Shown one piece after another: positions 26,471 to 35,532 of a stretch of 60,257 bases of DNA (its first letter is position 1; each line of letters opens with the position of its first letter). The notes under the pieces were generated by a model. It was not told where the DNA came from and ran no database searches. It saw only the letters and a list, made by a program, of their open reading frames with translations. This stretch comes from Acidimicrobiia bacterium (GTDB lineage: Bacteria; Actinomycetota; Acidimicrobiia; IMCC26256; DASPTH01). Location: NCBI GenBank assembly GCA_036271015.1, contig DATBBL010000184.1, positions 1 to 60,257 of the forward strand, given 5' to 3'. A program made the translations under genes and the position numbers.

Positions 26471-26516
26471 CGTCGGCCCGGAGTCCGGGAGCCCGTCGGC
26501 CCGGAGTCCGGGAGCC
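26471..26516. promoter_or_regulatory. Two perfect tandem copies of a 23-bp unit, each containing the palindrome CCCGGA-G-TCCGGG
   Basis: cgtcggcccggagtccgggagcc occurs at 26471-26493 and again at 26494-26516, in the divergent region between the EF-G-like gene and pgsA. Confidence 0.45.
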
Positions 26517-26612
26517 CGGCGGGGTCCGCCGTCCCGGGCCGACGAGGAGTGGGTGTTAGCCTGACGGGGCACTCTCTCCCTGCAACTGTTCCCGACCGAG
26601 GATTCTCTGCGC

Positions 26613-27329
26613 ATGCTCGACGGACGCTGGCGCGCGACGGTCGAGCGGGGACTCGAACCCGTCGGCCAGGGCCTGTACCGGGCCGGCATCACCGCCGACG
26701 GCTTGACCGTCATCGGGTTGGTCTTCGCCATCGGCACCGCGTTGCTGATCGCCGACGGTCACCTCCTGCTCGGGGTGTTCGGCGTCATCCTCACCGGTCT
26801 GCCCGACATCCTCGACGGTTCGGTGGCGCGCCAGAGCGGTCGCGCGGGCCCGCGCGGCGCGTTCTTCGACTCCGTGTGCGACCGCGTCGCCGACGCGGCG
26901 CTCTTCATCGGTGTCGCGTGGTACCTCTCCGAGACCGACGACCCGCACTACGCCGTCCTCGCGATGGCGGTGCTCGCGCTGTCGATGCTGATCACGTATG
27001 AGCGGGCGCGTGCCGAGTCGCTCGGCTTCCAGGCGCGCGGCGGCCTCATGGAGCGCGCCGAACGGCTCGTGCTGCTCGGCGTCGGGTTGGCGTTCGACAT
27101 CCTCGTGCCGATCCTCTGGGTGATGCTGGCGCTCACCGCGCTCACCGCGATCCAGCGGTTCGTGAAGGTGTGGCGCCAGGCCACGCCCGAGCGGCCCCGC
27201 CGCACGCGTCACCACCGCGGCTCGGGCACCGAGGAACCCCGCGCGGGCGGCCTCGCGCAGTGGTGGGCGGCGCACCGCCCGCAGACCGAGCGCGCGGGTC
27301 GCTCGGGCTCCACGTCCCGTCGCCGCTGA
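26613..27329 (+). CDS. pgsA: CDP-alcohol phosphatidyltransferase (phosphatidylinositol-phosphate synthase, PgsA1-like)
   Basis: DILDGSVARQSGRAGPRGAFFDSVCDRVAD matches D-x2-DG-x2-AR...G-x3-D-x3-D. Multi-TM. Followed by acyltransferase and pimA genes, as in mycobacteria. Confidence 0.88.
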   Translation: MLDGRWRATVERGLEPVGQGLYRAGITADGLTVIGLVFAIGTALLIADGHLLLGVFGVILTGLPDILDGSVARQSGRAGPRGAFFDSVCDRVADAALFIGVAWYLSETDDPHYAVLAMAVLALSMLITYERARAESLGFQARGGLMERAERLVLLGVGLAFDILVPILWVMLALTALTAIQRFVKVWRQATPERPRRTRHHRGSGTEEPRAGGLAQWWAAHRPQTERAGRSGSTSRRR

Positions 27330-27347
27330 CCGACCACTCACACCGCG

Positions 27348-28274
27348 TTGCCTGTCCTCCCGAAGCGCACGCCGTACTACGCGTACCGCGCCGGTGCCGA
27401 GGTCGCCCGTGTCCTGCCCGCATCGGTGGGAGCCCCGCTGGCGCGCGAGGCGGCGGCGATGATCGGGCTCGCGTTCATGACCGAGCGGCGCGAGCAGGTG
27501 GTGCGCAACCTGCGTCGCGTGCACGGGCGCGGGTTCTCCGGCCCCGAGTTGCGGCACGAGGTCAGCGCGACGTTCGAGTCCTACGGTCGCTACTTCTACG
27601 AGCTGTTCCGCCTGCCCACCTACGAGCCCGCGTGGATCGACGCGCACTTCCGCTGCGTCGGTCTCGAGCACATCGTGGCCGGCGTGGCCGCGGGCCGGGG
27701 CGCGGTGCTGGCGCTGCCCCATCTCGGGAACTGGGACTTCGCCGGCGCCTGGCTCGCGCGGCAGGGCTACTCCGTCACCGTGGTGGCGGAGCCGGTGGAG
27801 CCACCGGAGCTGTTCGACTGGTTCGTCGAGACGCGTGCCCGCCTGGGGATGCGGGTGGTCCCCCTCGGGCCGTCGGCCGGCACCGAGGTGCTCAAAGCGG
27901 TGCGCGCCAACGAGGTGGTGTGCCTCCTCGCCGATCGCGACCTCACCGGTGACGGCATCGCGGTCGAGTTCTTCGGCGAGTGCACCACGCTCCCCGGGGG
28001 CCCTGCGCTGATCGCGCTCCGGGGCGGCGCGCCGTTGCTCGCCGCCGGGTGCTACTTCCGTGACCACGGCCGCCACGAGACGCACATCCTCCCGCCGGTG
28101 CCGGCGGCGCGCTCGGGACGCCTCCGGGACGACCTCGCCCGGGTCACCCAGGAGCTCGCCCACCGGTTCGAGGACCTCATCCGGGTGGCGCCCACCAACT
28201 GGCACCTGCTGCAACCCAACTGGCCCAGCGACCGCGGCTCCGACCCTGCCGCGGCGCGCTCCGGGATGGGATGA
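27348..28274 (+). CDS. HtrB/LpxL-family lysophospholipid acyltransferase (PIM acyltransferase PatA-like)
   Basis: HLGNWD (Hx4D) motif, family-typical length, and a conserved position between pgsA and pimA. TTG start. Confidence 0.82.
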   Translation: MPVLPKRTPYYAYRAGAEVARVLPASVGAPLAREAAAMIGLAFMTERREQVVRNLRRVHGRGFSGPELRHEVSATFESYGRYFYELFRLPTYEPAWIDAHFRCVGLEHIVAGVAAGRGAVLALPHLGNWDFAGAWLARQGYSVTVVAEPVEPPELFDWFVETRARLGMRVVPLGPSAGTEVLKAVRANEVVCLLADRDLTGDGIAVEFFGECTTLPGGPALIALRGGAPLLAAGCYFRDHGRHETHILPPVPAARSGRLRDDLARVTQELAHRFEDLIRVAPTNWHLLQPNWPSDRGSDPAAARSGMG

Positions 28275-28311
28275 TCACGCGGTGGGGAGGGACGCCCGCG
28301 GCCTGAGGGTC

Positions 28312-29394
28312 ATGCTCTCGTGCCCGTACTCGCTGACCTTGTTCGGCGGCGTACAGGGTCAGGTGCTCGGGCTCGCCCGCGCCCTGCGCGAGGTCGGGGT
28401 CGACGCCCGCATCGTCGCTCCGTGCGACGGCCCTCCGCCCGAGCCCGGGATCACCACCGTCGGGCCCAGCACCCGCATGCCCAGCAACGGCTCGGTGGCG
28501 CCGATCGCCAGCGGCCGGGCCGTCGCCCGGCGCACCATCGAGGCGCTGCGCACGTTCCAGCCCGACGTCCTCCACCTCCACGAGCCCCTGTCACCCGGCC
28601 CCAACCACGCCGCCCTCGTCGGCACCACCCTCCCTGCGGTCGGCACCTTCCACTCCGCCCGCGCCGGCCGCAACGGCTGGTACGAGACCTTCCGCCCCGG
28701 CCTCAAGCCGATGATGCGCCGCCTGGCCGTGTCGACCGCGGTCTCCGAGGAGGCCAAGCGCCAGGTCACCCAGACCTTCGGCGGCGAGTGCGAGATCGTG
28801 CCGAACGGGGTCGACGTCCCCCGCCTCGCCCACGGCCCCGTGACGCCGTCGGTCGCGCCGGCGATCCTCTTCGTCGGCCGCCACGAGCGCCGGAAGGGGC
28901 TGGCGGTGCTGCTGGACGCGTTCGTCGGCCTCGAGCGCGACGCCGACCTCTGGGTCATCGGCGACGGCCCGAACCGCGACGCGCTGCGCGGCCGCCGAGT
29001 GCCGCGGGTCGAGTGGCTCGGGCAGGTGTCGGAGGAGGAGAAGCAGGCTCGGCTGCGCGGCGCCACCATCGCGTGCTTCCCGGCGCTCGACGGCGAGTCG
29101 TTCGGCGTGGTGCTCCTCGAGGGCATGGCGGCCGGCACGCCGGTCGTGGCGTCCGACATCGACGGCTACCGCGCGGTGTCCCGCTCCGACCAGGAGGCGA
29201 TGCTCGTCCCACCGGGCGACCCCGACGCGCTCCGCACCGCGTTGCGGGTGCTGCTCGACGATCCCGGCCGGCGGGCCGCGCTGGTGGCCGAGGGCCGCCG
29301 CCGGGCCGACGAGTTCTCCATGGCCCACGTCGCCGAGCGCTTCCTGCCCCTGTACGAGCGGGCGATGGCGGCGCCCCGGGCGTCCGTCGGCTGA
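28312..29394 (+). CDS. pimA: GT4 glycosyltransferase, phosphatidylinositol alpha-mannosyltransferase PimA-like
   Basis: N-terminus MLSCPYSLTLFGGVQGQVLGLARAL resembles the PimA start. C-terminal E-x7-E region (ESFGVVLLEGMAAG). GTG 28282 is an alternative start. Confidence 0.85.
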   Translation: MLSCPYSLTLFGGVQGQVLGLARALREVGVDARIVAPCDGPPPEPGITTVGPSTRMPSNGSVAPIASGRAVARRTIEALRTFQPDVLHLHEPLSPGPNHAALVGTTLPAVGTFHSARAGRNGWYETFRPGLKPMMRRLAVSTAVSEEAKRQVTQTFGGECEIVPNGVDVPRLAHGPVTPSVAPAILFVGRHERRKGLAVLLDAFVGLERDADLWVIGDGPNRDALRGRRVPRVEWLGQVSEEEKQARLRGATIACFPALDGESFGVVLLEGMAAGTPVVASDIDGYRAVSRSDQEAMLVPPGDPDALRTALRVLLDDPGRRAALVAEGRRRADEFSMAHVAERFLPLYERAMAAPRASVG

Positions 29395-29516
29395 GACGAA
29401 GCGGAGCCGTGCCCGGAGGGCGGGACGGCGCAGCGGAGTCGACCAATCAGAGTGAGACGAAGCGGAGCCGTGCCCGGAGGGCGGGACGACGCCGCGCAGT
29501 CGACCCTGAAGCTGAG
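29392..29516 (+). repeat. Intergenic tandem repeat, about 61-bp unit x2 plus a 4-nt start of a third unit (first 36 nt of both copies identical)
   Basis: tgagacgaagcggagccgtgcccggagggcgggacg occurs at 29392-29427 and 29453-29488. The first copy begins with the pimA stop codon. Each unit carries the hairpin CCGTGCCCGG-agg-GCGGGACGG. Confidence 0.85.
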
Positions 29517-29528
29517 GCACGCCGCAGG

Positions 29529-29543
29529 TAGAGTGCAGTCATG
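29529..29543 (+). promoter_or_regulatory. Candidate -10 (TAGAGT) + 6 nt + ATG: leaderless lemA start
   Basis: TANNNT hexamer at the canonical distance from the start codon. No SD. Confidence 0.45.
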
Positions 29544-30092
29544 GTTGCAGTCATCGTGATCGTCGTGGTCGTGCTGCTGCTGCTGTTGACCTTCTGGCTG
29601 GGTTACAACGGCCTGGTCAAGCGGCGGAACCAGGTCGACAACGCCTGGTCGCAGATCGACGTGCAGCTGAAGCGCCGGCACGACCTCATCCCGAACCTGG
29701 TCGAGACGGTCAAGGGGTACGCCGCCCACGAGCGCGGCACGTTCGAGGCCGTGACCGCGGCACGGGCCAATGCGATCAACGCGCAGAGCCCCGCCGAGCA
29801 GGCCCAGGCGGAGAACGTCCTGAGCGGCGCGCTGAAGAGCCTGTTCGCGGTGGCCGAGGCCTACCCGGACCTCAAGGCGAACCAGAACTTCCTGAACCTG
29901 CAGGAGGAGCTGACCAGCGCTGAGGACCGCGTCGCCTACGCGCGGCAGTTCTACAACGACAGCGTCCTCAGCTACAACACGCAGATCCAGAAGTTCCCCA
30001 CCGTGTTGCTGGCCGGGTGGTTCCACTTCGAGAAGCGCGAGTTCTTCGACGCCGCTCCCGAGGACACCGAGACGCCCCAGGTCCAGTTCTAG
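29541..30092 (+). CDS. lemA: LemA-family membrane protein
   Basis: N-terminal TM, then YNGLVKRRNQVDNAWSQIDVQLKRRHDLIPNLVETVKGYAAHE, the LemA signature. Confidence 0.9.
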   Translation: MVAVIVIVVVVLLLLLTFWLGYNGLVKRRNQVDNAWSQIDVQLKRRHDLIPNLVETVKGYAAHERGTFEAVTAARANAINAQSPAEQAQAENVLSGALKSLFAVAEAYPDLKANQNFLNLQEELTSAEDRVAYARQFYNDSVLSYNTQIQKFPTVLLAGWFHFEKREFFDAAPEDTETPQVQF

Positions 30093-30179
30093 CCAGCCTG
30101 CGCTGATCGGCGCCGCGCGCTCGACCCCCACAGGAGCGGCGCGGCGACGGAGCGCCATTTCCCAGACAGGTCGACTTCC

Positions 30180-31088
30180 GTGAACGAGCAGATCGCGCGC
30201 AACAAGCGGCGCACGTTCCTCATGCTGCTCGGTTTCGTCGTCATCATCACGCTGGCCGCGACGGCGATCGTGCTGCTCTTCGGCGGCGGCTGGGTCGGGG
30301 TGATCATCGCGTTCGTCATCGCGATGGCGCTCGCATGGGGCTCCTACTACAACTCCGACAAGATCGCGATCGCGGCGAGCCGGGCGCGACCGGCCGACGA
30401 GAACGAGTACCGCCGCTACCACAACCTGGTCGAAGGTCTCTGCATCGCGGCCGGGCTCCCCAAGCCGAAGCTCTTCGTGGTCGACGATCCCGCGCCCAAT
30501 GCGTTCGCGACCGGTCGCAACCCGAAGCACTCGTCGTTGGCCGTCACGACGGGCCTGCTCGACGTGATGAACCGGGTCGAGCTCGAGGGCGTGCTCGCAC
30601 ACGAGCTGTCGCACATCAAGAACTACGACATCCTCGTCACCACGATCGCGGTGACCGCGGTCGGCACCATCGCGTTGATCTCCGACATCGGGTTGCGCTT
30701 CGCGTTCTGGGGCGGCATGACCGACCGCCGCGACAACAACGGCGACTCGGGGCCGATCGGGGCGATCATCGCCATCGCCTCGCTCGCGGTCCTGCTGCTG
30801 GCGCCGTTCGCCGGCTACCTCATGCAGATGGCCATGAGCCGCAACCGGGAGTACCTCGCCGATGCGAGCGGCGTGCAGCTGACGCGGTATCCACCAGGTC
30901 TGATCTCGGCCCTGGAAAAGTTGCGGGATGACCATGCGGTGGTCCACCACGCGACCAAGGCCACGGCCCAGATGTGGATCGAGCAGCCGCTCGAGACCGA
31001 CGAGAAGAAGCCCGGCTCCCGGTTCAACAAATTGTTCGACACCCACCCACCCCTCGAGGACCGCATCCGGCGGTTGCAGGAGATGTAA
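30180..31088 (+). CDS. htpX: M48-family zinc metalloprotease HtpX
   Basis: HELSHIKNYD (HExxH), four TM segments and a downstream glutamate (NREYLAD). Confidence 0.9.
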   Translation: MNEQIARNKRRTFLMLLGFVVIITLAATAIVLLFGGGWVGVIIAFVIAMALAWGSYYNSDKIAIAASRARPADENEYRRYHNLVEGLCIAAGLPKPKLFVVDDPAPNAFATGRNPKHSSLAVTTGLLDVMNRVELEGVLAHELSHIKNYDILVTTIAVTAVGTIALISDIGLRFAFWGGMTDRRDNNGDSGPIGAIIAIASLAVLLLAPFAGYLMQMAMSRNREYLADASGVQLTRYPPGLISALEKLRDDHAVVHHATKATAQMWIEQPLETDEKKPGSRFNKLFDTHPPLEDRIRRLQEM

Positions 31089-32192
31089 GTGACGCACCCC
31101 CGATCGTGGCATCTCGGAGGCATCGCGGCCGTGGCCGTGGCCCTGGCACTGACCGCATCGGCCTGCGGAGGTGGATCCGAGGCCGCGACCCCGAAGCGGA
31201 CGACCACCACCGCGGCGGCGACGACCACGACGGTGGCCGCCCCCGTCGCGCCGCTCACCGGCCTCGCCGACCCCAGTGGCGCCAGCCTCACCCGGCCGGC
31301 CCTGTCGGTGAAGGTGGAGAACACCGACGCCGCCCGGCCCCAGGCCGGCATCGACCAGGCCGACGTCCTCTACGAAGAGGTGGTCGAAGGCAACATCACC
31401 CGCTTCGTCGCCATCTTCAACTCCACCGTGCCCGACGTGATCGGCCCGGTGCGGTCGGTCCGCCAGGAGGACCCGGACATCGTGTGGCCCCTCGGCGGCG
31501 TCTTCGCCTACTCGGGCGGCGCGCAGGTCAACGTCGACGCCATCAACGCGGCGCCGGTGCACGCGGTCGACGAGGACACCGCCGGCGGCGCGATGGTCCG
31601 CAACGAGCCGAGCCAGCCGCCCCGCAATGCGCCCCACAACCTCTATGGCCTCGGCCCGGCCCTCTTCGCGCTCGGCGGCGACCCGAAGCCGCCGAGGGCG
31701 CTGTTCCAGTACCTCACCCCGGGCTCACCGGCCGTGACCGGTCGCAACGTGCTCAACTTCCACGTCGGCTTCGACGCCGGGTACGACCCCACGTGGACGT
31801 TCGACGCCGCCACCGACACCTGGCAGCGGTCGATCGACGGGGCCCCGTCGATGGTCACCGGACCCGGCCACATCGCCCCGACCAACGTGGTGGTGCAGTT
31901 CACGCCCTACAGCGGTGAGGCCGAGGCGCAGACCGTCGGTGACGGCGACGTCTGGGTGTTCACCGACGGCACGTTGCGCCCGGGCCGGTGGGTGCGCCCC
32001 GACAAGACCCAGCCCGCCCACTACGTCGACGCCGCCGGCAATCCGATCCTGCTGCGACCCGGCCGCACGTGGGTGGAGCTGCTGCCGAGCGACCGGACCG
32101 TCGACGTGACCGACGCCCCGCCGCCCGCCACCACCGCGCCGCCGACGACCGCGGCGCCGGCCAAGGCGACCAGCCAGAAGAACAAGAAGTAG
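31089..32192 (+). CDS. DUF3048-family lipoprotein
   Basis: Lipobox LTASAC, a Thr-rich linker, then [41 protein letters not shown], typical of DUF3048. GTG directly follows the htpX TAA. Confidence 0.8.
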   Translation: MTHPRSWHLGGIAAVAVALALTASACGGGSEAATPKRTTTTAAATTTTVAAPVAPLTGLADPSGASLTRPALSVKVENTDAARPQAGIDQADVLYEEVVEGNITRFVAIFNSTVPDVIGPVRSVRQEDPDIVWPLGGVFAYSGGAQVNVDAINAAPVHAVDEDTAGGAMVRNEPSQPPRNAPHNLYGLGPALFALGGDPKPPRALFQYLTPGSPAVTGRNVLNFHVGFDAGYDPTWTFDAATDTWQRSIDGAPSMVTGPGHIAPTNVVVQFTPYSGEAEAQTVGDGDVWVFTDGTLRPGRWVRPDKTQPAHYVDAAGNPILLRPGRTWVELLPSDRTVDVTDAPPPATTAPPTTAAPAKATSQKNKK

Positions 32193-32265
32193 GCCGCGCG
32201 CCCGATTCATCGCTCGGTGGCGTTCGCGGGGCGAAAGCGGACGAACAATGAATCGGGACGGCCGG

Positions 32266-32277
32266 TACCATTGCTCC

Positions 32278-32280
<3 letters not shown>
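32266..32280 (+). promoter_or_regulatory. Candidate -10 (TACCAT) + 6 nt + ATG: leaderless pdxS start
   Basis: The 15-mer ccggtaccattgctc (32262-32276) is identical to the one upstream of hisS (44143-44157). Confidence 0.5.
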
Positions 32281-33162
<882 letters not shown>

Positions 33163-33183
33163 CGATCGTGAGGCCTCCAGGCC

Positions 33184-33756
33184 ATGAAGGTGGGCGTGCT
33201 GGCCCTCCAGGGGGCGTTCCGCGAGCATCGTGAGGTGCTTGACGCGCTCGGCGTCGAAGCGGTCGACGTGCGCACGCCCGAGCAGCTGGGCGCGCTCGAC
33301 GCGCTGATCCTGCCCGGAGGCGAGTCGACGACGATGAGCAAGCTCCTCGACACGTCGTCGCTGCGCGCGCCGGTCGCCGACCTCCTGGCCGACGGGCTGC
33401 CCGTCCTCGGCACGTGCGCGGGGATGATCCTGCTGGCGCGCGACGTGGTCGACGGCCGTGACGACCAGGTGTCGTTCGGCGCCATCGACGTCGCCGTCCG
33501 CCGCAACGCCTACGGCCGCCAGCGCGACTCGTTCGAGGCCGCGTTGGACGTCGACGGGCTCACCGGTGGGCCCTTCCCGGGCGTGTTCATCCGCGCGCCG
33601 CGGATCGAGCGCGCCGGCGCCGACATCGAGATCCTCGCCCGCTACGAGGGCGACCCGGTGCTGGCGCGGCAGCAGCACGTGTGGGTCGCCAGCTTCCACC
33701 CGGAGCTGTCGGGAGACCTCCGGCTCCACGAGCAGTTCCTGTCGAACATCGCCTGA
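33184..33756 (+). CDS. pdxT: Pyridoxal 5'-phosphate synthase glutaminase subunit PdxT
   Basis: MKVGVLALQGAFREH, LILPGGESTT, GTCAGMILLA and FHPE. Confidence 0.93.
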   Translation: MKVGVLALQGAFREHREVLDALGVEAVDVRTPEQLGALDALILPGGESTTMSKLLDTSSLRAPVADLLADGLPVLGTCAGMILLARDVVDGRDDQVSFGAIDVAVRRNAYGRQRDSFEAALDVDGLTGGPFPGVFIRAPRIERAGADIEILARYEGDPVLARQQHVWVASFHPELSGDLRLHEQFLSNIA

Positions 33757-33788
33757 CCAACCGCGCCCGACGAAGAAAGAGCACGCCC

Positions 33789-34541
33789 ATGAGCGGACAC
33801 TCGAAATGGCACTCCATCAAGCACGCCAAGGGCGCGGCCGACGCCGCCCGGGGCAAGCTCTTCGCCCGGCTGGCCCGGCAGATCGAAGTGGCCGCGCGCG
33901 ACGGCGGCGGCGACCTGGAGGGCAACCCGACGCTGCGCACGATGGTGCAGAAGGCGCGGGACGCGTCGATGCCCAAGGACAACATCGAGCGCGCCATCAA
34001 GCGGGGCACCGGCGAGCTCGAGGGCGTCACCTACGAGAGCGTCACCTACGAGGGCTACGCCACCAACGGGGTCGCCGTCTACGTGGAGGCCCTCACCGAC
34101 AACCGCAACCGCACCGGCGCCGAGGTGAAGAACGTGTTCACCCGAAACGGCGGGTCGCTGGCGGAGCCGGGCGCGGTGGCATGGCAGTTCGAGCGCAAGG
34201 GGGTGATCATCCTCGAGAAGTCGGCGGCGTCGGAGGACGACCTCATGCTCGCCGCGCTCGACGCCGGCGCGGAGGACATCACCGACCAGGGCGACACCTG
34301 GCAGGTGACCACCGCCCCGACCGACCTGCACGCGGTGCGCACCGCGCTCGAGGAGGCCGGTATCGCGATCACCAGCGCCGACCTCACCATGCTGCCGACG
34401 ACCAGCGTCGAGCTCGACGAGGCGGGCAAGGCGAAGTCGGTGCTGCGGGTGATCGACGCGCTCGAGGAGCACGACGACGTCCAGAACGTGTTCGCCAACT
34501 TCGACATCCCCGACGATGTCCTGCAATCGGTGTACGCATGA
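33789..34541 (+). CDS. yebC: YebC/PmpR-family DNA-binding transcriptional regulator
   Basis: MSGHSKWHSIKHAKGAADAARGKLFARLARQIEVAAR is the invariant YebC N-terminus. Confidence 0.93.
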   Translation: MSGHSKWHSIKHAKGAADAARGKLFARLARQIEVAARDGGGDLEGNPTLRTMVQKARDASMPKDNIERAIKRGTGELEGVTYESVTYEGYATNGVAVYVEALTDNRNRTGAEVKNVFTRNGGSLAEPGAVAWQFERKGVIILEKSAASEDDLMLAALDAGAEDITDQGDTWQVTTAPTDLHAVRTALEEAGIAITSADLTMLPTTSVELDEAGKAKSVLRVIDALEEHDDVQNVFANFDIPDDVLQSVYA

Positions 34542-34948
34542 AGCTCGACGACGCGCTCGAGTTCATCCGCGGCCACCATCAGGCGGTCATGCTCACGTAC
34601 CGACGCGACGGCTCGCCGCAGATGTCGCCCGTCGCCTGCAACGTCGACCCCCAGCGCCGGATCATCGTGAGCACGCGCGAGACCGCGTTGAAGACCAAGA
34701 ACTTGCGGCGCGACTCTCGGGCCTCGCTCTGCGTGTTGAGCGACCGCTTCTACGGCGACTGGATCCAGGTCGACGGCACCGCGGAGATCGTGTCCCTCCC
34801 GCAGGCGATGGAGGCGCTGGTCGACTACTACCGCTCGACGGCCGGCGAGCACCCCGATTGGGACGACTACCGCGCCGCCATGGTGCGCGAGCAGCGCGTC
34901 ATCGTCCGGATCACGCCCGAGCGCGCCGGGCCGGACCGCTCCGGTTGA
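34538..34948 (+). CDS. PPOX-class (pyridoxamine-5'-phosphate-oxidase fold) probable F420-dependent enzyme
   Basis: 136 aa. HHQAVMLTYRRDGSPQMSPV...IVSTRETALKTKNLRRDSRASLCV fits the split-barrel PPOX/F420 family. ATGA overlap with the yebC stop. Confidence 0.7.
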   Translation: MKLDDALEFIRGHHQAVMLTYRRDGSPQMSPVACNVDPQRRIIVSTRETALKTKNLRRDSRASLCVLSDRFYGDWIQVDGTAEIVSLPQAMEALVDYYRSTAGEHPDWDDYRAAMVREQRVIVRITPERAGPDRSG

Positions 34949-35532
34949 GCGCGGTCGCGATCCTCGCGGGAGGCCGGGGGTCGCGGCTCGGGGGTGACGC
35001 GTCGAAGCCGCTGCTCGAGTGGCGCGGCCGCCCCCTCGTCGCCTGGGCGGTGGACGCCGCGCTGGCGTCCGGACTGGCGCCGGTCGTGGTGGTCGTGGGG
35101 TACCGGGGCGACGAGGTCCGCGCCGCGCTCACCGCTCTCGACGTGCTGGTGGTCGACAACCCCGAGTGGGAAGAGGGGATCGCGTCGAGCCTGCGCGCCG
35201 CGATCGCCGCCCTGGAACCCGTTCCCGACGTCGACGCGGTCGCCGTGGGCCTGGCCGACCAGCCGCTCGTGAGCGCCGCCGCCTACGCCCGCCTCGCGGC
35301 CGCCGGTGGCGACGCACCGATCCGCGCCGCCCGCTACGACGGGCGGCCGGGCAATCCGGTGTGGCTGGCGCGTAGCCTCTGGCCCGAGGCCATGCAGTTG
35401 CGCGGCGACACCGGGGCCCGGACCCTCATGCGCGACGGCACCGTCGAGTGGATCGACTGCACCGACACCGGGAGCGCGGCCGACATCGACACCCTCGAAG
35501 ATCTCGAGCGACTGCAGCAGGAGGACCAGTGA
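34945..35532 (+). CDS. MobA/MocA-like nucleotidyltransferase (molybdenum cofactor cytidylyltransferase-like)
   Basis: AILAGGRGSRLGGDASKPLL, NPEWEEGIASSL, LADQPLV and GRPGNPVWL...LRGDTGARTL. TTG start in a TTGA overlap with the upstream stop. Confidence 0.75.
   Translation: MSAVAILAGGRGSRLGGDASKPLLEWRGRPLVAWAVDAALASGLAPVVVVVGYRGDEVRAALTALDVLVVDNPEWEEGIASSLRAAIAALEPVPDVDAVAVGLADQPLVSAAAYARLAAAGGDAPIRAARYDGRPGNPVWLARSLWPEAMQLRGDTGARTLMRDGTVEWIDCTDTGSAADIDTLEDLERLQQEDQ

Noticed and set aside
26384-26737. 118-aa N-terminal extension of the EF-G-like ORF, overlapping the pgsA start
   Set aside because: It has no similarity to GTPase N-termini, and the G domain starts immediately after GTG 26383. 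The extension would run through the divergent promoter region and into pgsA.
28060-28311. Upstream extension of the pimA ORF
   Set aside because: It overlaps the 3' end of the acyltransferase gene in another frame. The PimA-like N-terminus (MLSCPYS...) begins at 28312, with GTG 28282 as the only reasonable alternative.
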